Source: a virus. From it: a DNA stretch of 64,000 nt. The translations under genes were made by a program, and so were the position numbers. The stretch spans positions 56,241 to 120,240 of the IMG/VR virus record IMGVR_UViG_3300009008_000010; one strand, written 5' to 3'. Shown here piece by piece: positions 20,805-30,270 of the stretch. Below the pieces are notes generated by a model, which had not been told where the DNA came from, did not search any database, and worked only from the letters and a program-made list of their open reading frames with translations. Numbering within the stretch: the first letter of the stretch is position 1; every line of letters starts with the position of its first letter.

Positions 20805-21527
20805 GTGATTTATTTTACATCGGATTGGCATTGGGACCACAACAGGATTATGACGTATTGCCGTCGCCTCGATTTTATGTCGAGTAGCGAACGCGCTCGA
20901 TTTCTGGAAACCGAGGCGCAATATAATGAGGCGGTTGCACGGGGCGACGACGACGCCTATGACATAATGAAGAGTCTCCCTCGCTACAGCCGTGAATCGG
21001 TCAACCGCATGAATGATTGCATTATTGACAATTGCAATTCGGTTGCGCGTGAGGGGGATACGATTGTTTTTCAGGGCGATATTATTTTTGGCGAATATGC
21101 CCGCCTAAGAGAACTTCGTCGCCGGATTGTTTGTCGTGATCTAAGAATGATTTGGGGCAACCACGATAAGAGACTCAGGAAATTGTGGGAGGCGGATAAA
21201 ACCGTTTTTTACGATCTCTTTTCATCGTGCAAAGACGTAGATACTATTAGATATAACAATCAAAAAATATGGGTAAGTCATTATGCCCATGCGGTTTGGG
21301 ATCAATCCCATCGCGGTGTGTGGCATTGTTATGGGCATTCGCACGCTAATTTTGAACATTGGCGCGAAGAACATATGCCGCACGCCAAAATGATTGATGT
21401 GGGTATTGATTACCGAGCTAGGCTGGGACATGGTTACTCACTATGGAGCGTTGATGATTTGAGGGAGCGTTTTGAGAATCTGGATGGCCAGTCCGTAGAT
21501 CATCATCGACCGGGGGATGGAAAATAA
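20805..21527 (+). CDS. calcineurin-like metallophosphoesterase
   Basis: FTSDWH, GD, GNHD, HY, YGHSH, DVGID motifs. Confidence 0.9.
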   Translation: MIYFTSDWHWDHNRIMTYCRRLDFMSSSERARFLETEAQYNEAVARGDDDAYDIMKSLPRYSRESVNRMNDCIIDNCNSVAREGDTIVFQGDIIFGEYARLRELRRRIVCRDLRMIWGNHDKRLRKLWEADKTVFYDLFSSCKDVDTIRYNNQKIWVSHYAHAVWDQSHRGVWHCYGHSHANFEHWREEHMPHAKMIDVGIDYRARLGHGYSLWSVDDLRERFENLDGQSVDHHRPGDGK

Positions 21528-21697
21528 ACCTTTTTACGCTGTTTTTAAAAACAGGCAATTGATAGAATTAACCACAAGTGCGGAAAAAGCAGTCAGAAAA
21601 TATGTGTCAGATGCATCACCTTCTTCGGGCATTTTTCGAGTGATGACAATTGACGATCTGGCTGCGATTTTCGCCAAAAGTTACAAGAAGGAACAGG

Positions 21698-21931
21698 ATG
21701 GCTAAGGAAGAAGCGTTGACGGTTCAAGGTGTGGTAACACAGGCTTTGCCTAATACCACGTTCAGGGTAGAGATTGATATGCCGGATAGTGACAATATGC
21801 CCACAATTCTTGCGCATTTGTGTGGAAAAATGCGCAAGAATTATATTAAAATTGTTCCTGGGGACAAGGTTAAGGTAGAACTATCCCCTTATGACCTAAC
21901 CAAAGGGCGTATCGTTTTCCGAGAGAGATAA
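21698..21931 (+). CDS. infA: translation initiation factor IF-1
   Basis: [18 protein letters not shown]...[33 protein letters not shown]. Confidence 0.97.
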   Translation: MAKEEALTVQGVVTQALPNTTFRVEIDMPDSDNMPTILAHLCGKMRKNYIKIVPGDKVKVELSPYDLTKGRIVFRER

Positions 21932-21969
21932 GGCGATTTTTTGAGCCGGTTCCTTCACAATGCTATCAA

Positions 21970-22545
21970 ATGAGCTACAATGAGCTTATGATTGCTTGTT
22001 CTCGTCACAAAATGTTCGAGGAAAACATCAGTCTGGTGACAAGTTATGTTTTGAAACATCACCCCCCAGATGGTGGATTTCCTGTAGAGGATACCGAAGA
22101 GTATTCATGGGGGAGTTTTGGCCTCTGGAAAGCCTGTTTAACCTTTGAGGTTGATCAGGGTAACAAGTTCTCTACCTACGCCTATTACTGCATACGAAAT
22201 GCCATTATCAACGGGTTTCGGCAAAATTCTCGACTAGCTCCCACGATTGATCCGCTTGAAATTGATGGAAAAAATTGTAGTTCGGATGATGTTCACAATC
22301 CATTTCAAATGGTGGAACTTATCTTGAAAGAGGGCAACGACGAGAAGCCCAGAGATAAGGTGGACAGACAGATGTTGGTAATGTACTACCTAGACGACAT
22401 GACTTTGGAAGAGGTAGGAAAACGATTCCAGGTTACGAAGAATCGGGTTCGTCAACGGATAGGTAGAGCCATTAAAGTTATTCGCCAGAGGTATCGGTCT
22501 TTATTTGAGAGTGATCAAAATGCCCAAGAATCTTTCGGAATTTGA
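21970..22545 (+). CDS. sigma70-family RNA polymerase sigma factor
   Basis: Region 2 GLWKA..F....GNKFSTYAYYCIRNAI; region 4 MTLEEVGKRFQVTKNRVRQ. Confidence 0.88.
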   Translation: MSYNELMIACSRHKMFEENISLVTSYVLKHHPPDGGFPVEDTEEYSWGSFGLWKACLTFEVDQGNKFSTYAYYCIRNAIINGFRQNSRLAPTIDPLEIDGKNCSSDDVHNPFQMVELILKEGNDEKPRDKVDRQMLVMYYLDDMTLEEVGKRFQVTKNRVRQRIGRAIKVIRQRYRSLFESDQNAQESFGI

Positions 22546-23683
22546 ATACAAAGTTGTCGATGGGGCAGTTACGGAATGCCTGTCTTCAAAAAAGTTCCAA
22601 GAGGCTATCCAAGCCGCCATTCAAGCCTCCGTTTCAGGGGCGTCTCAGAAGGTCCAGGGTGACATTCAAAGAATCGCAGAGGAATGCTGCAATGGTTTTC
22701 GGACTGATCTGAAAAAAAGCATTGCAGCTTTTTGTGATGATTGGATGTCGAAAACAGGCAACTTTGAAGTTGTTCCAAGGAACACCCGTCTTTTGAAGTC
22801 AGTGGGCAACTATCGCATTTGCGTTGTGGAACAAGAGCCGTGCGTCCGAACACTCTCTTGGAGTCATGGTCGTGATGGTGGTGGTGATGGCACCTACCGT
22901 TTGGCTTTGCCTTACGTTGTTTTCATCGTGTATGTTGATGCTCGCGGCACGTTGGGCGGCATTCATGTAGCCTTTGCTGATCAACCCCTTACATCGCTCA
23001 AAAGCAACATTTATGGTGCGGCTTTGCCCAACTTGAATGAGGATTTAAGCGTTTGCACGGGTGACATGATTCAAAAACGTCACAATAAAGTATCAAGCGG
23101 TCGCCAAGGAAATAGAGGCGCAGCCAATGCTGAATGGACGCTTTGTGAAGTTGTTGAAGAGGTGATTGCCGGTTTCTGGGGCAGCACATTCAACAATGAT
23201 CTGAACACCAACTTTCAAAAGATGAATGGCGATCCAAGACTTGCTTCGCCCCAAGCATGGGAGGAAGCATCAGCGCAAGACCCCTTGTTTGTCTTGGGTG
23301 TCAAGTGGAAGGGTCGTCGTCGTCTTGAACAACTGCTAAATAAAATCACGAATGACGAAGTGCGAATGCAGTTCGCTCCGATTATTGATGGTGCGGTCGT
23401 GAATGCCAGCACTAGGTTGAACCAATATCTCTTGGATTTTGCGACCCAAGGGATTGCGGTCAGTGGAAACCGTCGTGCAGTTGGTCAATTTAGAAGTCGC
23501 CTTTATGATTTCATGTATCAGGCTGCTCAAAGTGTCTGTGAGGATGTTAAAAGGCAATACCAGAAAGACTACGATACCAAGTTGGCCCGCGAATTGGAGA
23601 AGAAATCCCGTTCAAAGACTCCGCAAAAGCGGACATACACTGATGATTATTTGTATAGAGCGCCTGAGGAGGCAACGTGGTAA
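22520..23683 (+). CDS. prokaryotic E2 family D-like protein (PRTRC protein B-like)
   Basis: LALPYVVF...PL......IY.AALPNL.EDLSVCTG...FWGSTFN pattern with candidate Cys. Confidence 0.72.
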   Translation: MPKNLSEFEYKVVDGAVTECLSSKKFQEAIQAAIQASVSGASQKVQGDIQRIAEECCNGFRTDLKKSIAAFCDDWMSKTGNFEVVPRNTRLLKSVGNYRICVVEQEPCVRTLSWSHGRDGGGDGTYRLALPYVVFIVYVDARGTLGGIHVAFADQPLTSLKSNIYGAALPNLNEDLSVCTGDMIQKRHNKVSSGRQGNRGAANAEWTLCEVVEEVIAGFWGSTFNNDLNTNFQKMNGDPRLASPQAWEEASAQDPLFVLGVKWKGRRRLEQLLNKITNDEVRMQFAPIIDGAVVNASTRLNQYLLDFATQGIAVSGNRRAVGQFRSRLYDFMYQAAQSVCEDVKRQYQKDYDTKLARELEKKSRSKTPQKRTYTDDYLYRAPEEATW

Positions 23684-24744
23684 GTCTAACGGATTTAATT
23701 GACGTAGACGAACTTGCGGAACAAATTACAAAACAAGCAATCAGTCGAGCCAAAGAATTGGTTGCTAATAAAGTGGTGGCGCGTTCAGGAGACGATGTTT
23801 CTAGATCGCTTCTGAACGTAGCCAACGCTTTGGAAAAAAGTGTTGCCGGTAAGTTCGAGGTTTGGGCTGATCAGGATGGCAAATTCGTTGCTCCTACTGG
23901 GACAAGATTTGTTCATCACACCAAAAATGTAACGATTTTTGTTGTCGAACAAAAGCCGTGTTATCGTACAATTAATGTTTCTCCTGCTGCAATTGCTGAG
24001 TTTAGCAGGAAGCACGGGAATCAATCAAGAAAAAGAGGAATTGCTAAAACACTTCACCTTCCTTTCCCTTATGTGATTTATGTTCCGGTTTTTTGTCGCG
24101 GACAGTTTCAAGGGATGGGGGTTTACTACAGCAATAAGCCCGTTTCTTCTTTGACTCAGGCTTTGCATTATAATAATTTGCCCAACTTTGTAGGTGGCGG
24201 CAAGTCTTATTGTAGCGGCAATGCAGAGCGTGATATTGGGATGAATTTGGGTCAGAGGGTTGAGTCTACAATCAGGGGTTTTTGGAACAGTAATTTTAAT
24301 AATGATGCTTCAGGCAATTGGGCAGGAAAAAGACAACCTTTTAAATCGTTGACAAAGTGGGCGAACTTATCGCTTCTTGAGATCACAAAAGTTAAATGGT
24401 GTCCTGCGACTTCGGTAGAAAAAATCATCAAAGATTGGCAGAAACAGAGTGGTAAAAGGCCCAATAAAAGTTTGGTAAAGGCTGTTTGTCAAGATACTGC
24501 GCCAGACATAGAACGGGCTATCCTATCTTCCTTGAAGAGGGTTAGAATAGGCAAAAGGGATGAAACCGCGTTGCGGGGCGAGATCGGATCACTCATTGAG
24601 CAAAAATTGGAGTCCGTCAACGTAACGACAACGAAAAAAGTTGCCGCAAAAAAAACCACAAAAAAAAGAGTGGTGAAGAAGAAGAAAGTCCCGAAAAAAG
24701 CGGTGAAAAAGAAGAGTGTACGCCGACGTAAAATTGGGGATTAG
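23677..24744 (+). CDS. second E2 family D-like protein with Lys-rich tail
   Basis: LPFPYVIY...LPNFVGGGKSYCSG...FWNSNFN; paralog of the preceding gene. Confidence 0.68.
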   Translation: MVSLTDLIDVDELAEQITKQAISRAKELVANKVVARSGDDVSRSLLNVANALEKSVAGKFEVWADQDGKFVAPTGTRFVHHTKNVTIFVVEQKPCYRTINVSPAAIAEFSRKHGNQSRKRGIAKTLHLPFPYVIYVPVFCRGQFQGMGVYYSNKPVSSLTQALHYNNLPNFVGGGKSYCSGNAERDIGMNLGQRVESTIRGFWNSNFNNDASGNWAGKRQPFKSLTKWANLSLLEITKVKWCPATSVEKIIKDWQKQSGKRPNKSLVKAVCQDTAPDIERAILSSLKRVRIGKRDETALRGEIGSLIEQKLESVNVTTTKKVAAKKTTKKRVVKKKKVPKKAVKKKSVRRRKIGD

Positions 24745-24825
24745 CTTCACAATCGGGTTTTTTGTGTTAAAAAGGTATTACGAAGTCTGCAATCGAAATT
24801 CATTTTGGAAATGAGAGGGTAATCC

Positions 24826-26313
24826 ATGTCCAAGTCGCTTCCTCCGCTACCGCCGCTTACGTCACTTGCGTCTTTGACTCCTGTGTTTCTGGCCAAAAAG
24901 GGTGTGCAACTCCCCCAAAAGGGAACGTTCTTCCTGATTGCGGCTAATGGCGCATTTGTTCGCAAGGACACTGGTATTTTCGAGGGGCTGGTATCTGTGC
25001 CCTTCAAGGATGTTCCGGGTATCAACTCGATAGGCTACTGCCTACCCACAGAGCAAGGCCCGGTCTTCTTCAATTCTACCAGTGTCAAGCAGAAGACCTA
25101 CAGTGGTGGTTGGTTTGGCAAGGATGACGATGACGATGCATCCCTTACCAACGTCAAGATGGTCAACCCTCTGACTGGCAAGGCTGTTTCTGAGGAAGAT
25201 GATGACGAAGCCAACAAGCTGTTGAGCGCTCGTCCCTACATCAACATGAATCTGCCGAAGATTCCGCCTGAGATTATCTATCGGGCGTTGCTGTTCTTCC
25301 GCAAGGTTTACCGCAAGCACAGATCAGAATCGGCTGTCATTCTGTGCTTCAATGTGGAAACGAACGAATATTCCCTGTATTGCCCGAAACAGGACGTGAG
25401 TGGTGCGCATGTCGATTATGACCGTCGCTACTACAAGCGAACCAAGAGGGGTGAAGTTCACTTTCCCCCGGATCACGAAACCCCGGATCAGAACTACGGC
25501 AAGGTTGACCCGGTGATGTGTGAAATGGTGAAGAATGGTTTCCAAATGGTGGGTTCCATTCACAGTCACGCCAACTTTAGTGCGTTCCACAGTGGAACCG
25601 ATACCCACGATGAGGCCAGCATGAATGGCGTGCATATCACGCTGGGTCATGTTGCCGATGGTGAGTTTTCGTGGGCATCATCCTTGGCGTTGAACGACCA
25701 CCGAGAACAGGTCGAAGCTGAAAATGTTGCCGTGGGCGTTGTGCGGGTTGGTGATCAGAAAGCCGCCAATAGCAAGTGGATTTCCACTGGTTCGCAGAAC
25801 TATTACAACATCGAGTTGGAAGATTTGTCGGCAATTCACGATGAATACGACAAGTTTATTGACGACAACTGGATGGATAAGGTGGAACACGGTTTTTTCG
25901 GTGGGAAGGGGAATCGGGTTGCGGGTGCATCCTATGGGGGTTCCTCTTACTCGCGTTCGGGTGGATATTCCTCATCGCCCTATGCGGCGGGCTGGGAGTA
26001 TGAGGAAGATGACGATGGCCTAGAGGGTGGCACTTCCTATGTCATGGTAAATGGCCAATGGGTGCCCGCCAAGGAAGCCGAAGAAATCGAGAAGCAGGCT
26101 GCTTTCGATGCCGATGCTGATGCTGGCACCGATGGTGACGCTGACGACGATAAGCCTGATAATGTCGATGATGCCCTCACCGAAGTTAGCGAAGCTGCTG
26201 ACGACGATACCGACAGTTGGGCAGAATACGAAAAAGAACAGGGCGAGACTGCTGAGGCTACTGAGAGTCCCGCTACTGGCGATGAAGGCGATGATTTGAC
26301 AATCATTGACTAA
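24826..26313 (+). CDS. JAB/JAMM metalloprotease (PRTRC protein A-like) with acidic tail
   Basis: FLIAANGAF N-domain; E...GSIHSHANFSAFHSGTD..DE JAMM motif. Confidence 0.85.
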   Translation: MSKSLPPLPPLTSLASLTPVFLAKKGVQLPQKGTFFLIAANGAFVRKDTGIFEGLVSVPFKDVPGINSIGYCLPTEQGPVFFNSTSVKQKTYSGGWFGKDDDDDASLTNVKMVNPLTGKAVSEEDDDEANKLLSARPYINMNLPKIPPEIIYRALLFFRKVYRKHRSESAVILCFNVETNEYSLYCPKQDVSGAHVDYDRRYYKRTKRGEVHFPPDHETPDQNYGKVDPVMCEMVKNGFQMVGSIHSHANFSAFHSGTDTHDEASMNGVHITLGHVADGEFSWASSLALNDHREQVEAENVAVGVVRVGDQKAANSKWISTGSQNYYNIELEDLSAIHDEYDKFIDDNWMDKVEHGFFGGKGNRVAGASYGGSSYSRSGGYSSSPYAAGWEYEEDDDGLEGGTSYVMVNGQWVPAKEAEEIEKQAAFDADADAGTDGDADDDKPDNVDDALTEVSEAADDDTDSWAEYEKEQGETAEATESPATGDEGDDLTIID

Positions 26314-26375
26314 AAATTGGAGACGTGAGAGGAAAGCCTATTAGTCAATGAAACTTGAAGCGTGGAGAAAGTCGC

Positions 26376-27149
26376 ATGAAAGTCAAGGTTATTGGTTGTG
26401 GGGGGATCGGCGTCCATTTGTTGGACCCTTTGTGCCGGTTCCTCAATTATCACAAGGATTTCAGTGAAAGTGGCGATTGTGAAGTCACTTTGATTGATGG
26501 TGATAAATACGAAGAACACAACAGGGAACGTCAATCGTTTGAGTCTTTCGGAAACAAGGCTGAAGAAACTGCCAATCGGTTGAAAGAAGAATTCCCGAAC
26601 ATTTTTTTCCGGGTTGTGACTGATTATCTTGGAGAGGATAATATCGTCTTGCATTTGCGAGAGAGCGACGTGATCTTCTCCTGTGTGGATAATCATTCCG
26701 CACGCAAGTTGTTTTCTGATCACTGCGAAGATTTGGATGACGTTTTGCTGATTTCAGGTGGTAACGACTACCATGATGGTAATGTTCAAATCTTCCATCG
26801 GAAGGAAGGACAAAATTGGAGTTTGCCGCTTACTGGTCGGCACACTGATGCGATCACAGGCGACGAAGCGTTTTATCACCCTGAAATCGAAGAGCCGGAA
26901 GACGAAAATCCGGCTGATGCAGAGGAAAGGGAAGCTGGTTGCGATGTAGAACAAGAGCATGAACCGCAGTTGGTATTTGCAAATAATTCCGCCGCGTGTC
27001 ACATGATGAACATGTTCTACCGTTACCTGGAAATCGGTAGTTTCGATTTCGATGAGTTGTATTTTGACTGCCGTAGTGGCAAAGTCAGAGTTGTGAATCG
27101 TATGGGTTCCGAAAGACCTAGTTCCTTAACCAAGTTGGAGGTTGCATAG
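26376..27149 (+). CDS. ThiF/E1-like activating enzyme
   Basis: VIGCGGIG, LIDGD.YE..N.ERQ, GNKA, CVDN..AR, GC....PQL..AN. Confidence 0.92.
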   Translation: MKVKVIGCGGIGVHLLDPLCRFLNYHKDFSESGDCEVTLIDGDKYEEHNRERQSFESFGNKAEETANRLKEEFPNIFFRVVTDYLGEDNIVLHLRESDVIFSCVDNHSARKLFSDHCEDLDDVLLISGGNDYHDGNVQIFHRKEGQNWSLPLTGRHTDAITGDEAFYHPEIEEPEDENPADAEEREAGCDVEQEHEPQLVFANNSAACHMMNMFYRYLEIGSFDFDELYFDCRSGKVRVVNRMGSERPSSLTKLEVA

Positions 27150-27150
27150 C

Positions 27151-27480
27151 ATGACGCAACGACAAACGACCAGTAACAGTGACGCCAAGGCCAGTGCCGC
27201 TAACGCCAGTGGAGGCGTGACAGGGCAGGCCGACACCAGTGCCGCTCAGGACAAAGTAAACGAGGCTCTAGGGAGCGTCGAGGTCATGTATGGTGCGGAG
27301 TCGCAGGAACTTGCGATTGCCGGTCATACGGTGTCCGACGTGCGTTCTCACCTGAAGCACGTTTTGAATATTCCCGCCGACGCCCAGGCCCGTGTCAACG
27401 GCGAACTGAAGGACGGCGACTACGTTCTTCTGGAAAACGACACCCTGGAATTCGTGAAGGTGGCTGGCCAAAAGGGGTAA
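27151..27480 (+). CDS. ubiquitin-like (beta-grasp) protein ending in GQKG
   Basis: GHTVSDVR...ARVNG...DYVL.ENDTLEFVK.AGQKG; GGAGG RBS; adjacent to E1 and JAB. Confidence 0.85.
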   Translation: MTQRQTTSNSDAKASAANASGGVTGQADTSAAQDKVNEALGSVEVMYGAESQELAIAGHTVSDVRSHLKHVLNIPADAQARVNGELKDGDYVLLENDTLEFVKVAGQKG

Positions 27481-27612
27481 ACGGCCAGACAGAGTTTCCA
27501 AGGGTAAGGAACCCGATTGCCCTCTGGCTGTAAATACTCGGCCCCCCGTGTAGCACGGGGGTGCCGGGTGTTTCCTTATTGCGGAAATGGATTTTCAAAA
27601 AGGGCTAGGATT

Positions 27613-27804
27613 ATGTTGGTTCTATCTAGGAAAAAGAACGAGAGTATCGTGATCGATGAACACATCACGATCACGGTGGTGGAGGTTCGGGGCGACAAAG
27701 TAAGATTGGGTATTGATGCTCCCAAAGAAGTTCCAGTTCACCGGAAGGAAGTTTGGGAAGCCATCAGAAGAAACAACGAGGCATCCGATGGTGATACGTC
27801 ATAA
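27613..27804 (+). CDS. csrA: carbon storage regulator CsrA
   Basis: MLVLSRKKNESIVI...VEVRGDKVRLGIDAPKEVPVHRKEV. Confidence 0.96.
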   Translation: MLVLSRKKNESIVIDEHITITVVEVRGDKVRLGIDAPKEVPVHRKEVWEAIRRNNEASDGDTS

Positions 27805-28058
27805 TTATCCATACTGGATCGTTGTGACAATATCAGGCAGATTGCCAACCCCGCCTCAATACCGACACACCCCAGTTCAGAAATTATTTTTCACTGGGAA
27901 GATTGGTGGCACGAAAAGAGAAGAATTTGAAACCGATGATTTTCAGGAAGCGCGGCAACATGCTTTGATTGCTGAGCGAAATGGAAAACGCATCGAATTC
28001 CTCAAGGTGTCGCGTCCCGGTGGGCCGCGACACCTTTGCAATTGGAGAGGAATTTTAA

Positions 28059-28571
28059 ATGGATGAAGACCAATTAGCAACTGCTGAAGAGCAGCTTGAA
28101 GAAGAGCTAGAACAGCCCGCAATTAAGCGACTCCCCGGCCATTACAGGTATCGGGTGGTTTACATGGCAGGTCAGATTGAAAACTTGCGCGGGTGGTATG
28201 CTCAATTCGATTTAGAGGAAGTCGAGGCTCCGGTTGATAACGGTGATGGTTTCGATGCGGTGGTTTTAAAAGCCCCTGAAGAACGAGTGGTGCAAGCCAA
28301 CCTTGAATGTTTAACCATCGTGCAGTCTGTTGAAAAGCTGCCTTCTAGGACCATTCTTACATTTGAGTTGGGGGACTGCCCGCAGCATGACAAATCTGTA
28401 GGTGAAATGCGGACGGGATTTGAGAAGATTCTACGCGAAACCTGCGATTACAATTGCACAATCAAGGTTTCCAAGGATGGCCAGCCTGTGCTGGATGATT
28501 ACGTGCCCCAGGATGGGGATTCTCTCCTGTTCGATACGACTGAAATTAAAAATGAGGCTGAAAATGAGTGA
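28059..28571 (+). CDS. hypothetical protein with C-terminal Ubl-like segment
   Basis: SVGEMR...KDGQPVLDDYVPQDGDSLLF resembles the Ubl C-terminal strands. Confidence 0.5.
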   Translation: MDEDQLATAEEQLEEELEQPAIKRLPGHYRYRVVYMAGQIENLRGWYAQFDLEEVEAPVDNGDGFDAVVLKAPEERVVQANLECLTIVQSVEKLPSRTILTFELGDCPQHDKSVGEMRTGFEKILRETCDYNCTIKVSKDGQPVLDDYVPQDGDSLLFDTTEIKNEAENE

Positions 28572-29616
28572 AGGCCAGCGAGTCAAAGTTTGGAATGGTG
28601 ATCAGTCTCAATTTCTAGGATTTGGTCGATACGTGGATGATGTTATCACGTATGCCGCCCTCATGCCGGATGGTAGCCTCAGATCATCCAGAAACGCCGA
28701 GGAACCCATTCCTGCCGATCAGCTTCCCGAAGGTGCCATCGTCCAAGAGTTGCCTAAGAATCCCAAAATTGTGCTTGATAATGGACAGGTGGTGTATGGT
28801 TGCCAAGTTTGGTGGGAGTCTGTTGCGGAAATGGTGACGGTAGATGAGGACGACGGTTATGACCCGTGGGCTGATGAGTGATTTAATAGGATGCTTATGT
28901 TCACGCCGTTGGTTTCAGGTATTTTCAAAAAGGGCTGAGAGCGGACAAGAATGGACTTTGGCTGCAATTAGAGTGCAATTGCTGTCTTGGACAAGTCTAT
29001 GCAGATTTCATAGAGCGAAGGTATCGTTGCAGCAAGTGTTCTGGGTTGGATCGTTATCTTATTTGGATTTTTGAAATGAAAAAAGTAGTCATTGTCAAAG
29101 CTGACACGAACGATGCGGATTATATCACTGAGGAACACCTTTTGGATGGTGAAAATGATCCCACAGGCGAGTATGAGGATCTGATTCGCAAGGTGGCGGG
29201 GGTAATTAAAACTTACACCCAAGAACACAAGTGGCAACACAACTGGCCTACTAGCGAATATGCCGATGGTTCTCTACAAGAACTTTACGCCGGTCAGTTG
29301 ACCGATGATGAAATTGCGGAATTCCAAGAGTATGTTCCTCATGGCGAGCATGGTGTTCATACCATTAAGTCCATCAGGATTATCGTAATATCCGAAGATG
29401 ATGAATTGGTTGACGCATGAACAAAGAACACGCCAAGCGAATCCGAGATCACCAACTTGCTATTTTGATGCGCACGCTACGTGTAACTGAACACGCCAGC
29501 GCCCCGTTTATTCAAAATTGCATGGAACATGCTTTTGAGGCTGGCGTAAGTGCGGCAACACCCATCGCAGAACAAGCGGTAAGAGAAGCGTTGGCCCAGA
29601 GTCGGGAATTGCACTG

Positions 29617-30270
29617 ATGACTATTTTCGATGAACTATTTTTAAAACAATCTGTTCACGTCCATTCGCTCCCACCCCATAGCGACATGGCGGCTAGGGGT
29701 AAATTGGTTGGTGATTCGGTCACTGCCATAATTGATATTCTCCGCAACCCTTCTTTAACACCTTGCCGTAGGGTCAATGCCCTTGCTGCATTGCAGTGGG
29801 ATTTGATTGGTAGCCTCATGGTCCCTACTGCTTTGGCTGATGTTCCTCAAGTGCATTTCGGCGCACACGTTTCCAATGATGAAAAACAAGCCGTAATTCT
29901 ATGTCCTATGGATTTCTACGAAAGCATCAAAAAGGATTTTATTTTCTGTGCTGGGGCAATGGTTTTTGTGGGTAGCCAAGCACGGGATTGGTATAACGAC
30001 AAGCTGGCTTGGATAGATGATGAAGGTGTCCATGATGGTCGGGAGGAAGTAGCCAATCGTGCCAGGGCTTACGAGGCCGAATGGTTGTTATTTATTCAAA
30101 GCCTAGACATTGGCTACGAGTTTAATGAATATCAACAGAAGATTGTGGAAGACTCACCAGAGGGCTTGGATAGTCACCCAGAACTAATTTATGATTCTAA
30201 GTTTTTCATTGCTGGAAAACCGACAATCGAAAGGCCCCCGGAACCACACGATCCGTGGCAGGAGGATTAA
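29617..30270 (+). CDS. hypothetical protein
   Basis: 217-aa ORF in a run of translationally coupled small genes (28.5-33 kb). Confidence 0.6.
   Translation: MTIFDELFLKQSVHVHSLPPHSDMAARGKLVGDSVTAIIDILRNPSLTPCRRVNALAALQWDLIGSLMVPTALADVPQVHFGAHVSNDEKQAVILCPMDFYESIKKDFIFCAGAMVFVGSQARDWYNDKLAWIDDEGVHDGREEVANRARAYEAEWLLFIQSLDIGYEFNEYQQKIVEDSPEGLDSHPELIYDSKFFIAGKPTIERPPEPHDPWQED

Noticed and set aside
26376-27480. ThiF-ThiS/MoaD cofactor biosynthesis
   Set aside because: No thiamine or molybdopterin genes nearby, the Ubl ends in KG rather than GG, and E2-like and JAB genes are adjacent.
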